A stretch of DNA of 62,941 nt, filler included, from 4 parts of 4 records of this genome joined end to end with filler, not necessarily neighbours in it; one strand, 5' to 3'; counted from the whole stretch's first letter, positions 52,273 to 61,575 are shown. A program made the numbers and translations. The notes: generated from the letters alone by a model not told the origin.

Positions 52273-52294
52273 AAGTCCCTTAATTGGGACTTTT
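52273..52294 (+). terminator. Terminator of the Cys-rich ORF
   Basis: AAGTCCC-TTAATT-GGGACTT followed by a T-run. Confidence 0.7.
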
Positions 52295-52503
52295 AAATTT
52301 ACATATTTCTTTAAAGTTTATCTAATCACAACTTATTTAATTTAAACTTATCTCTTTAATATTTCAAATAATTTTCTTTATACTAATCTTTTTTATCTTT
52401 TTTCTTAAATATGTTATATATCAACCTACATAACATAATAATTCTTAATATTATAAGTACATCTCTGATATAATCCAAAAAGTGAATAATACTATGTCTA
52501 ACA

Positions 52504-52650
52504 TTACTCATCATCACCGAATAGTTCATGAACTAAACCCTCAAGTCTTGATGCAACTGTTAAAACTTCTTGAACTGTAATTTCTCCATCTTTATCGATA
52601 TCAAAGATTTTTTTACATACTTCTTTTACTTTATCAGCCTTTAATACCAT
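52504..52650 (-). CDS. 48-aa EF-hand-motif protein overlapping the lysin 3' end
   Basis: Below the track cutoff. MVLKADKVKEVCKKIFDIDKDGEITVQEVLTVASRLEGLVHELFGDDE, with an AGAGGTG RBS. Confidence 0.7.
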   Translation of the reverse strand: MVLKADKVKEVCKKIFDIDKDGEITVQEVLTVASRLEGLVHELFGDDE

Positions 52651-53023
52651 ATTTTTCACCTCTTAGTTCTATATGCGGACTATCTAATAAAGTTTTCCAG
52701 TCACCGCCCCATGATATTTCTATTTTCAATATTTGAGCACATTTTTTTATATGCTCTCCGACAATTTTTAGTGTTTCCGGTGTAACTGGATATGGCAGAA
52801 AGTCCACTGCCAGTGCTGGAACTTCATTATGTAAAGAATAAGGAAACATCCTTTCGCTTTTTCCATTTTTGAATAATTCATTTTGTTGTTCTTCATTACG
52901 ATAGCCAGATACAACAGCGAAATCAATCGGTGTAGTGGCTAAAGCATACGACATCAAAATTTTTAAATCATCATGGCAAGTTTTAAGATATTTTAAACTA
53001 TTCTCTCCAAAATGATACTTCAT
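52634..53023 (-). CDS. M15-family peptidoglycan endopeptidase (endolysin, L-Ala-D-Glu peptidase-like)
   Basis: SGYR...Q..L...GKS, SLH......AVD and WGGDW....D.PHIE zinc motifs. Confidence 0.88.
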   Translation of the reverse strand: MKYHFGENSLKYLKTCHDDLKILMSYALATTPIDFAVVSGYRNEEQQNELFKNGKSERMFPYSLHNEVPALAVDFLPYPVTPETLKIVGEHIKKCAQILKIEISWGGDWKTLLDSPHIELRGEKYGIKG

Positions 53024-53238
53024 TATTTTGCCTCAGTAATATTTTTTAAGTTTCTGTTTTGCCATCCATCAAGTTCAATTTCTAACATATATTCTTTTCC
53101 TTCAACTAGTTTTTCATTTCCAAAATAAGATAACCAATAATTCCCACCCATGAAATCAAATCTAAGTTGTAAATAAGGTTTATCCTTTTTTGTCTTAGCT
53201 TCTTTTATATACCCTAATGTTCCTACTCCTGCAAACAT
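53023..53238 (-). CDS. Small beta-rich protein; candidate ssDNA-binding (OB-fold) protein
   Basis: 71 aa from ATG 53238 after a GGAGGA RBS. KTKKDKPY basic/aromatic hairpin, and positioned downstream of rep as in small ssDNA phages. Confidence 0.6.
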   Translation of the reverse strand: MFAGVGTLGYIKEAKTKKDKPYLQLRFDFMGGNYWLSYFGNEKLVEGKEYMLEIELDGWQNRNLKNITEAK

Positions 53239-53335
53239 AAAAAATCCTCCCATCACGTTTTATTTGATAAGAGGATATCATATATTTTATTAAAGTACCT
53301 AATCCATTTGTCTAGTTTGTCCCTAATGTCCCTAA

Positions 53336-53539
53336 TTAGTTTAATGGACTTGTATTTTTTTGAAAATTATTGCAACTTACACCATAAATTCTTATATTTT
53401 TTCCTACATAAAATCCCTTTAATTCTTCATTATCAACATATCTTCTAATAGTTTTAGAACTCAATTTCCATCTTTTTGCTACCTCATCACAAGTATAAAC
53501 TTCCTTATCTTCAAATAATTTCCCAGTATTTAAATCCAT
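53336..53539 (-). CDS. Excisionase-like HTH DNA-binding protein
   Basis: YTCDEVAKRWKLSSKTIRRYVDNEELKGFYVGKNIRI winged-HTH pattern. Confidence 0.85.
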   Translation of the reverse strand: MDLNTGKLFEDKEVYTCDEVAKRWKLSSKTIRRYVDNEELKGFYVGKNIRIYGVSCNNFQKNTSPLN

Positions 53540-53681
53540 TAAATTTTCCTCCTTATAAATTATGCATATAATTATTAATTGAAATAAAAATTATTGTTAC
53601 ACCGTGTAATTTTAAATATAAAGAATTGTAATATATAAATGTAAGCATAAAATTTCACATCACAAAATTAGTAAATCGCTC

Positions 53682-54788
53682 TTACAAAAACATAAATAGC
53701 TGATTAAACTCAGTAAAATCAAAGTTATAGAGCAGTTGTATATTATTTACCTTCATTAATTCATTTTCATACTCAAATTCATTTACTCTGGTGTAATACA
53801 TTCTGATTAATTCAATAAATTTTTCAAATATATTTAATTGAGCTACTATATAGTAATTTGATTCTTTTTTTAAATCTTTACTACATTGATAAATTTTTGC
53901 ATTCTCTTGCATTATTACTTCAATGGATTCTACAGTATTAACATTCTCAGCATTTGTAATAATATCATCTATTGATTTTGTCATATATATAATAGTTTTT
54001 GTTACATATGCCCCTACATTTTCTACTACATCTGTAACATCATCATTAATAATAAAGTCTCCATCCTGACAATTAATCTTAACTGATTTACCTGTTTTTT
54101 TATTTAAGAATGATTCAATATAAACCCCACCTAGTCCCCAGATATCTAAATATTTATCAAAAGGGATATAAGGACAATTGAATAATAATACATGATAGTG
54201 AATTGCTCCTCTCTTTTGATTTTCCAATACTGCTAAATATTTAATTTTTCCTGTATTACTATTTGTTTCAACATAATAATTCAATCTTTTCATGAATTTT
54301 TTAAACTCATCATTAGCAGTAGCAACACTAGTAATATTCTCTTTAAATGTAAGAGTAAGGAATTTAATAGAATCTTTATGTCCAGGTAAATTAGCATTAA
54401 TTAAATTCTTAATCTTATTTTTTGCTCTCTGCAATGATTTTTTCTTATTGAATAACTTTTTTTCCTGTTCAGACAGTTTCATGTATTTAATTTTTTCTCT
54501 ATAAAAGAATACTTGCTCTTTACTGAAGTCACCATTCTCAAGTTTTATATCAAATAAATCCTCATGAATTGACTCTCCAGTAACCAGATCTACTACAAAA
54601 TAATCCTTTTCATCATAAAATATATCATATCTTTTTTCCTTCAATGCTTTTTTTCTTAATTGGATAGTGTCATACGTTTTAATATCTAAATTATTTCCTG
54701 CTAAAGTTAACTTAACATTGAATTCATTTTGATTTACCTTGTTGATTGCCTGATTTGCTAATAAAAAGTACTTCATATCTAAAGACAT
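53682..54788 (-). CDS. rep: HUH rolling-circle replication initiator
   Basis: Motif I FLTLTF, motif II ENQKRGAIHYHVLL, WGLG, and motif III GAYVTK..YMTK; GGAGGTGG RBS. Confidence 0.9.
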   Translation of the reverse strand: MSLDMKYFLLANQAINKVNQNEFNVKLTLAGNNLDIKTYDTIQLRKKALKEKRYDIFYDEKDYFVVDLVTGESIHEDLFDIKLENGDFSKEQVFFYREKIKYMKLSEQEKKLFNKKKSLQRAKNKIKNLINANLPGHKDSIKFLTLTFKENITSVATANDEFKKFMKRLNYYVETNSNTGKIKYLAVLENQKRGAIHYHVLLFNCPYIPFDKYLDIWGLGGVYIESFLNKKTGKSVKINCQDGDFIINDDVTDVVENVGAYVTKTIIYMTKSIDDIITNAENVNTVESIEVIMQENAKIYQCSKDLKKESNYYIVAQLNIFEKFIELIRMYYTRVNEFEYENELMKVNNIQLLYNFDFTEFNQLFMFL

Positions 54789-54904
54789 TTAAAACCACCT
54801 CCCCGAATTTATTAGCATTGCATAGGTTTCGCCTTAAGTGTGAGTAAGGATAAATAAAGTTCCCTGCGGGGCAAAAACCCCGCTTTTAATTTTGTCATAC
54901 ATAA

Positions 54905-55159
54905 TTATAAAAACTTCAAAATAAACTTCATAAATAGTAAATCAATTAAAGAAATAGTGTCCATTTTTACAGATAGTAATTCACTTCTTACATGTTTTTC
55001 AAATTTACAATAAGTCTGGTAGTATGATAAATATTCTAAATTGCCACTTTCCTTATACTCATCATAACAGCCTAACTTATATTCATTTACATCTATTAAC
55101 AGACATTCTAAATCGTTCTCTCTTTGTTTTCTTAAATTCTCTTTGAAATTTTTAAGCAT
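54905..55159 (-). CDS. Hypothetical protein of the element
   Basis: 84 aa, overlaps the upstream ORF, AGGAAG RBS. Confidence 0.6.
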   Translation of the reverse strand: MLKNFKENLRKQRENDLECLLIDVNEYKLGCYDEYKESGNLEYLSYYQTYCKFEKHVRSELLSVKMDTISLIDLLFMKFILKFL

Positions 55160-55412
55160 TTGGAACTTCCTGCATTAATAAAAACACTAAAGGTAATTTA
55201 GAATCTTTTAATTTTTTCTCAGTATTTTTATCAAAATATAATTTGTCAAATACATGACACAAATCAACATCTTTATTATTAGAAATTGAAAAAATTTCAT
55301 AAACAATACAATCACCTTCTAAATAATTTCTCTCAAAATATGTACCACCTGTTACACCCTCAGTGATAAATCCTTTTTCAAGCATCTGTTCTTTAAACTC
55401 TTCATATAACAT
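55152..55412 (-). CDS. Hypothetical protein of the element
   Basis: 86 aa from ATG 55412 after an AAGGAGTGG RBS. Confidence 0.6.
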   Translation of the reverse strand: MLYEEFKEQMLEKGFITEGVTGGTYFERNYLEGDCIVYEIFSISNNKDVDLCHVFDKLYFDKNTEKKLKDSKLPLVFLLMQEVPNA

Positions 55413-55676
55413 AAATACCACTCCTTTTTAAAATTTTTTTAATTATTTTTTTGGTCAATCATTGTGAATTTTGTATTTTAGAGCAATCAAGCTAAATATT
55501 AACAAAAATCAAATAAAAATTATTTAGACTAATAAATTATTCCGAATAAATATAAAATTTCCGTGTAACTATATTTTTAGAATTTTTATATACTCTTACA
55601 GCCTAATAAAATCAATACTTACTTTTCATTATTTGCGCTAATTTTTATCCCGATTCTTTTTTACTAAAAATTTCCA

Positions 55677-55699
55677 AAATAGATATAATTTACATTATA
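55677..55699. repeat. Right attachment site: dif-like 23-bp core
   Basis: Identical to 47628-47650. The minus strand reads ATTCAATATAA-TGTAAA-TTATATCTATT. Confidence 0.85.
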
Positions 55700-56083
55700 T
55701 TGAATTTATTTTTTCAGAAAAATAGAGCTATTTTTTAATTAAGTAATATTTAATTTTTAACTCTATAATTTAGAGTATAAAGAATTCTATTATATAAATA
55801 CTCAAGTCATAAAGAAGATCTAAAATTTATAATGTACAGTATATTAGTATTAAGATAGTAATATATCAGTCTTTTGAACAGTGAAAGTGAATTCTGAATT
55901 TAAATTTTTAAGATCAAAAATAAATAGATAGATTCAGCAGAAAGAAGAAATTGATATGGGAACTAGAGTAAGAGAGATAATTAATTTAGATAAGTTAGTG
56001 GAATTAGTTCATGCAGAACATTAGCTAATAGAATTATTAATTAGGTAAAAATCCTAAAAATTAAATAAAGAAGCGAAGAGAAA

Positions 56084-56809
56084 TTATCTATTTTCTCTTC
56101 GCTTCTTTAAGAATGAATCTAATTTTTTAAAACTAGAATTTACTATTTGTTCATCTCTTATGTCCAATTTATTTAAAATTTCTTCTGCTTTTTCTAAATT
56201 CCCTATATTTGGAGAGATATGTGTGTCACTTCCTAATGCTATAAAAGTATTGTATTTTTTGCACAGTTCCATAATTTTTAAACAGTTATCAATTGAACCT
56301 GCTCTACTTTTTAAAAATGAACTATTATTTAGTTCAATAGCTACACCGTGTAATGTTGCAGCTTCAACAACAGCTAAGTAATCTACTTCAAATTGTGGAT
56401 TTCCTAAATGAGCAAGTACATCAACATAACCTTTTTTGATACAATTAATTACTGCATTTGTATTTCGTACAGTATCTTTTCCATCTCCATAAGGGGTTCT
56501 AGAATGAAAACTTGCAAGGACCACTTCCAGATATTTATCATAAATTAATGGCATGTCAGTTGTTCCATCTTCATCTATAATATTTGCTTCAATACCTCTA
56601 TAAACTCTGACATCATCAATAACATCAGGTAAAATTTTCATATTTCCAAAATGATATTCATGAGGAGAATCAGGCATTGACGGACCATGATTAGTTAGTG
56701 CGAATCCTTTAATTCCTTTTGTTTTTGCACGAGTTATTAGTTCTTCTAATGTACTATATGCATGAGTCGATACGTTTGAGTGAACATGTAAATCTATTAA
56801 ATACTTCAT
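56084..56809 (-). CDS. ycdX: PHP-family phosphatase (YcdX-like)
   Basis: Motifs DLHVHS, HAYST, TNHGP, GIEANI, HLGNP, ELNNSS and GSDTH. Confidence 0.85.
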   Translation of the reverse strand: MKYLIDLHVHSNVSTHAYSTLEELITRAKTKGIKGFALTNHGPSMPDSPHEYHFGNMKILPDVIDDVRVYRGIEANIIDEDGTTDMPLIYDKYLEVVLASFHSRTPYGDGKDTVRNTNAVINCIKKGYVDVLAHLGNPQFEVDYLAVVEAATLHGVAIELNNSSFLKSRAGSIDNCLKIMELCKKYNTFIALGSDTHISPNIGNLEKAEEILNKLDIRDEQIVNSSFKKLDSFLKKRRENR

Positions 56810-57069
56810 AATATTTCCTTTCTATAGTTAACTGATTAAATTTTTACACCATCTACTTAAAATTAAGACGTTCCAATCAATCAAAATTACCAATGATTAA
56901 ACTTGAGTTCTTACATAGTATGGTGTTTTCGATTTATTCGTTCCCTACGCTTCATATATTTTAGCTATATTATACTATAATATATGATTATTGTAAAATT
57001 TCTAAAGTTAAAACAAAGTAAAAAAACGGAGCTTTTGAGACGTTACATATTTATAGTTTCATAATACAT

Positions 57070-57099
57070 AAAAAAAAGAGAGTAGATTTCTCTACTCTC
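57070..57099 (-). terminator. Terminator after livF
   Basis: GAGAGTAGA-TTTC-TCTACTCTC with T8 on the minus strand. Confidence 0.8.
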
Positions 57100-57107
57100 A
57101 AAATATT

Positions 57108-57807
57108 TTATCCTAAATATGCTTCTCTTACTGCATCATCTTCAAGAATGTCTTTAGCATTTCCTTTCATGATAACTTTACCAGTTTCGATTACATACGC
57201 TCTGTCAGAAATTTTTAAAGCCATGTTTGCATTTTGTTCTACTAAAAGAACAGTGATTCCCATATCTTTATTAATTTCTTTTACTATTTCAAATACTTCT
57301 TTGATTAATAATGGAGCAAGTCCCATAGATGGTTCATCTAGAAGTAATAGTTTTGGAGATGCCATTAATGCTCTACCCATTGCAAGCATTTGTTGTTCTC
57401 CTCCACTTAGTGTTCCTGATAATTGAGCTCTTCTTTCATATAATCTAGGAAATCTATTAAATATTCTTTCCATATCTTCAGCTATTTGCTTTTTATCAGT
57501 TCTCAAATAAGCACCTAACTCTAGATTTTCCATAACAGACATATTAGCGAAAACTCTTCTACCTTCCGGTACTTGAATTAATCCCATTCTAACAATATCA
57601 GTTGCAGTTTTACCTGTGATATCCTCACCTAAAAATTCAATATTACCATCAGATGGAGAAATTAATTTTGAAATTGCATGTAGTGTTGATGTTTTACCGG
57701 CACCATTTGCACCAATCAAACTAATAATCTCTCCTTTATTTATTTCTACATCCATTCCTTTAATGGCATGAATATTACCATAATGTACATGTAAATTATT
57801 TATTTTT
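57108..57807 (-). CDS. livF: Branched-chain amino acid ABC transporter ATPase (5' end truncated)
   Basis: Motifs GANGAGKTS, VPEGRRVF, LSGGEQQMLA and LDEPSMGLAP. The frame extends to the contig edge (KINNLHVHYGNIHA). Confidence 0.92.
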
Positions 57808-57907
57808 NNNNNNNNNNNNNNNNNNNNNNNNNNNNNNNNNNNNNNNNNNNNTTAATTAATTAANNNNNNNNNNNNNNNNNNNNNNNNNNNNNNNNNNNNN
57901 NNNNNNN
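57808..57907. other. Artificial contig linker
   Basis: N44-TTAATTAATTAA-N44. Confidence 0.98.
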
Positions 57908-59104
57908 ATGTTCATTGCTTTTGTTTGGCTTTTTGGATGTTGCGGGCAGGAAGATGGTAAAGGTGCTGCCAAACCCGGGTTCTGACTCTACAGTCATACA
58001 TCCATCATGTCTTTTTATAATCGAATATGAGGTTGCCAGCCCAAGTCCGGCACCTTTGGGCTTAGTAGTAAAGAATGGGTCAAATATCTTTGGCAGGACA
58101 TCTTCAGGAATTCCTGAGCCTTGATCTTTTACAGTTATTTTTACGAACATTCCAGCTTTTAGTTCAATGTTTTCATTGTCAGAATTGTCAACGTTTTCAG
58201 CAAAAACATCTAGCTTTCCGCCTTCCGGCATTGCCTGCTTAGCGTTTATTACAAGATTATCCAGAACCTGGCTTATCTGATTCTTATCGAATTCACATAG
58301 AGACAGATCGTTGGGTATGATAAAGTTGCACGATACTTTTGAGCCACTTAGAGCAAAGTTTACTGTTTTTTTAATAAATGAGTCTAAAGGTTCGATCTTC
58401 TTCACGGGTTCTCCGCCTTTTGCAAAAGTCAGCAGCTGTCCGGTGAGACTGCGCGCTCTTTCAATTGCACAGGATGTTTGCAAAAGATGTTCGGTCAATT
58501 CATTGTTTTCTGATAGCTCTGTTGCAATAATAATATTGCCGAAAATTCCTGATAGTAGGTTGTTGAAATCATGCGCAATTCCACCTGCCATAATTCCTAA
58601 CGATTCAAGTCTCTGATTTGTCTGCAATGCATCTTCAGCGTGCTTACGACGTGTGATATCAATGTTATACTCAGCCACAAGCCATTTTCCATTTGAATCA
58701 AGAAAAGGTATTGTGTGGACCTCAACAATACGGTTATTCTCAGATGGGAGGATCTCTTCATAAACAATAGGTGCTTTTTTCTTTAAAGCTTCAGGGATGC
58801 CGCACGTTTCACAGGGACTATCTTTGTTCATAAAATATTCATAGCATTTTCTTCCTGCCGGGTTTCCATAGATCTTTTGCCAGCTGGGATCAACATATTG
58901 AAGATTAAGTTCGGTGTCTGAAATATTAATATTAGTTTTAGTAGCCTCAAGAACATATTTAAGAAACATTCTTTCATCGTTAAGTTGCTTTGTTTTTTCT
59001 TTAGACCGCTTGTTCAACAATATGTTGTAGGCTAATGTGACTGATAAAAGTATGAGGCTGATGATCAGAGCTGTTATAAGTCCATAGACACTCATTGTTG
59101 ACAC
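57908..59104 (-). CDS. PAS-domain sensor histidine kinase (3' end truncated)
   Basis: N-terminal TM segment, a PAS domain, and motifs GIAHDFNN, NLVINA, DQGSGI and FFTTK..G.GLGL. The stop given in the track comes from the linker. Confidence 0.9.
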
Positions 59105-59177
59105 CCGTAACTTATTTAAAACAGGTGGATTATATCAGTTTTGTAAAAATTTAGCAAAAAGAGAGGGGTTGCCCTTG

Positions 59178-59414
59178 CTACTTCTTGGGGGCCTTTTTTG
59201 CAGAAAAGCATCTTTTACAGAATTTATAGCCTTTCTTTTTTGCTGTTTCTTCGCTTTTTAAAACAACTGTTGCACTTTTGGAGTTGTAATAACGACAGCC
59301 CTTTTTGTGGCAAATCTTGGTTTTAGGGTTACAGTGAAGGTTGCTTGCTGCAACTGATGAAAACATAAAGATGATTGAGATAACCGCAAAAAATCTAATT
59401 AAACTTCTTTTCAT
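59178..59414 (-). CDS. Small secreted protein with an Ada-like metal-binding motif
   Basis: Signal peptide from MKRSLIRFF, then H...C......A...GY..C..C. Confidence 0.65.
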   Translation of the reverse strand: MKRSLIRFFAVISIIFMFSSVAASNLHCNPKTKICHKKGCRYYNSKSATVVLKSEETAKKKGYKFCKRCFSAKKAPKK

Positions 59415-59529
59415 AATGCTCTCCAAATAAAAATTAATAACGGACATTCGAAGTGTAGTGCAAAAAATGCCAGTGTCAAGAAAATCTAATCAGAAATAAA
59501 CTGTATGGATTCTGGTTTAACGCATGTTT

Positions 59530-61437
59530 TTATTGTTGAGGTGTATCCTGAAGAATGATCGAGTAAAAAGCTTCAATAAGATCAGAGTGTTTTTTTGATT
59601 TTGATTTTCGTCTAAATCTTAGTTTCTTATTAGAGGTCCTATACTCTATTATTCCACGATTGTATCCGATAAATTGTGGTTTCTTCTCTTTAGAAAACAA
59701 ACTGTTGCCCCAGTATCCTTCAGGGATATCAATATTTAAAAGATGCAGAATGGTAGGAGCAAGATCAAGTTGTCCTGAGAGAATAGTCGTATCATAATCA
59801 GGAAGATCTGCTGCTGATAGAAATGAAAGAGGAGTTCTTCCAAGATTTGTATTTTTGATTCCCGGGATGCGTTTTACAACATTATTAAAAGGACATGAGT
59901 GATCTGCAGTTGCAATGAAAAGGGTGTCAGGCGTGTAAAGTCCTTTCTCTTTTATCTTCTTCATTGTCAAAGCCATATCATGGTCATGATTGTAGACTGA
60001 TTTCATCCAGCGGAAAGCACCTTTGAAGTTTTTATACTGCTCTGGAGTTTCAGGATATTTTGTAGTCCGGAAACCATATTCTGCACGTCCATGAGGTGGG
60101 TGAGTGTCAATTCCCAGAACAACAATGAAAAGTTTTTTATCCTTATATTCTTCAAGAAGGTCAACAAGTTTTCCAAGCATTATCCTATCGCTAACTCCCC
60201 AGTCATAGATATATTCATCATTTTCAGGAAACTTAGAAAAATATTCTCGTGCAAGAATCTGTTTAAATCCGAATTTCTGAAAAATAATGTTTTCTCCAGC
60301 GTAATATTTTGAAGCACTGCGAAGAAAGATCGTTTCATAACCTTGTTTTTTAAGAATATTCGCTATCGAATTCTGATCGTAACCAGCAAGGATCATATCA
60401 TAATTAGGATGGCTGCTTAAAGTTGATGTAAGTCCTTGAAGTGTTGGCGATGCAGCAGAAAAATAATTTGTCATCATTTTAGCTGACATTTCATCATTTT
60501 CATAAAACCGGGTTTCTGTTTCAAGAGGAATTTTATCGTTGTATTTTTTAAAGAAATCCAGAGAGATCGATTCAGATGCAAACCATACTATTTTATTGAA
60601 GGGTTCAAGCTCCAGGGTTTTATAATTTCTTTTTCCAAGAGGAAGGTCATACTTTTTTATAACCTTCTTAAGAGGTTTTACAGACTTGAGGAGTTTATAT
60701 TTTCCACTGCCTTTAGAAAGAAAGACTTCTTCAACAAAGTTAACCAGGCTGTTTTGAGATGCGTATCTGATCTGCTGGTTTTTACATCTAAGAATATAGT
60801 GAACGTTTTTGTCTTCGTTACCTTTGAACTTTCCGCTATGTTCCTCACTTTTTTTTATAAACATTTCTGTAGGGTTTACTAAGAGTATACATGTTGCAAA
60901 AACGGCATACCTGAAAATATCTGCAAACCTGAAGTCGATGCTTGTCTTTTTAAAAAGCCGGTACGCTCCAAAAGCTGCTCCTAGAAAAGCAAAAAGCATA
61001 AGAACGGAATATATGTTTACAAAACCTGCAATACTGTACCAGGAGATAAGGTTCAGGAAATGGTCTTCAAAAAGAGTGTTGCCGAAAAAGTAGACAGTCA
61101 TATCCTGTCCGATCAGATAAAGATAAATGACCATAAAGGTTACGGCAGGAAAGTTTATTCTGAAAACAAACTTTAAAAACATGATCGAAGAAAGATAAAT
61201 AAGAATATCAACACTGAGTTTCTCAAGCATGCCTGAAAGAAGAATATGGTCGCTAAGAGCAAAATCATGTTTGTACTGAATGATACCGAAATATGATATC
61301 TCAAGGAACATCAGCGGGATGACCAAAAGCCATGGTGAAGCTTTAAAAGGCTTAAAAAGCGATTTAAACGCAACCCGTATCCATGAAAGGGCTTTATTAG
61401 ATACTGTCTTGAATTTCATAACTTTTTCCTCAAACAA
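59530..61437 (-). CDS. LTA synthase / sulfatase-family membrane protein
   Basis: About five N-terminal TM segments; motifs ESIS, candidate catalytic T in SPTL, THPPH, TADH and QLDLAPTIL. Confidence 0.82.
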   Translation of the reverse strand: MFEEKVMKFKTVSNKALSWIRVAFKSLFKPFKASPWLLVIPLMFLEISYFGIIQYKHDFALSDHILLSGMLEKLSVDILIYLSSIMFLKFVFRINFPAVTFMVIYLYLIGQDMTVYFFGNTLFEDHFLNLISWYSIAGFVNIYSVLMLFAFLGAAFGAYRLFKKTSIDFRFADIFRYAVFATCILLVNPTEMFIKKSEEHSGKFKGNEDKNVHYILRCKNQQIRYASQNSLVNFVEEVFLSKGSGKYKLLKSVKPLKKVIKKYDLPLGKRNYKTLELEPFNKIVWFASESISLDFFKKYNDKIPLETETRFYENDEMSAKMMTNYFSAASPTLQGLTSTLSSHPNYDMILAGYDQNSIANILKKQGYETIFLRSASKYYAGENIIFQKFGFKQILAREYFSKFPENDEYIYDWGVSDRIMLGKLVDLLEEYKDKKLFIVVLGIDTHPPHGRAEYGFRTTKYPETPEQYKNFKGAFRWMKSVYNHDHDMALTMKKIKEKGLYTPDTLFIATADHSCPFNNVVKRIPGIKNTNLGRTPLSFLSAADLPDYDTTILSGQLDLAPTILHLLNIDIPEGYWGNSLFSKEKKPQFIGYNRGIIEYRTSNKKLRFRRKSKSKKHSDLIEAFYSIILQDTPQQ

Positions 61438-61575
61438 ATTTCATGCGAAATTAGCAGAGTGTCCTGTTTTTGTCAACTCATCTTGGATTTTAATCGCATT
61501 ACATTGATTCAATTTTCAAAACAAGTAAAATATCGTTGTTAATTTCCCGTTAAGTTAATAGAGGGGGTTCGTAAA

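Larger units (their letters stand above)
47628..55699 (-). mobile_element. Integrase-less rolling-circle prophage-like element at a dif-like site (unit length 8,049 bp)
   Basis: Bounded by 23-bp direct repeats. Co-oriented HUH Rep, HTH, SSB-like, M15 lysin and tightly coupled unknown ORFs, with host genes on both sides. Confidence 0.85.

Noticed and set aside
47628-55699. Calling the element an inovirus, a microvirus or a plain RC plasmid
   Set aside because: No Zot/pI Walker A protein, no small TM coat proteins and no recognisable microvirus capsid motifs. The endolysin and coupled unknown operon do not fit a simple plasmid.
14559-57907. Three identical TTAATTAATTAA motifs within N runs, and any functional link between genes across them
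   Set aside because: These are artificial linkers. The four segments differ in composition and apparent taxon, so adjacency across them means nothing.
57860-57907. Apparent stop codon and X-run at the end of the histidine kinase
   Set aside because: The stop comes from the linker; the gene is truncated by the contig end.
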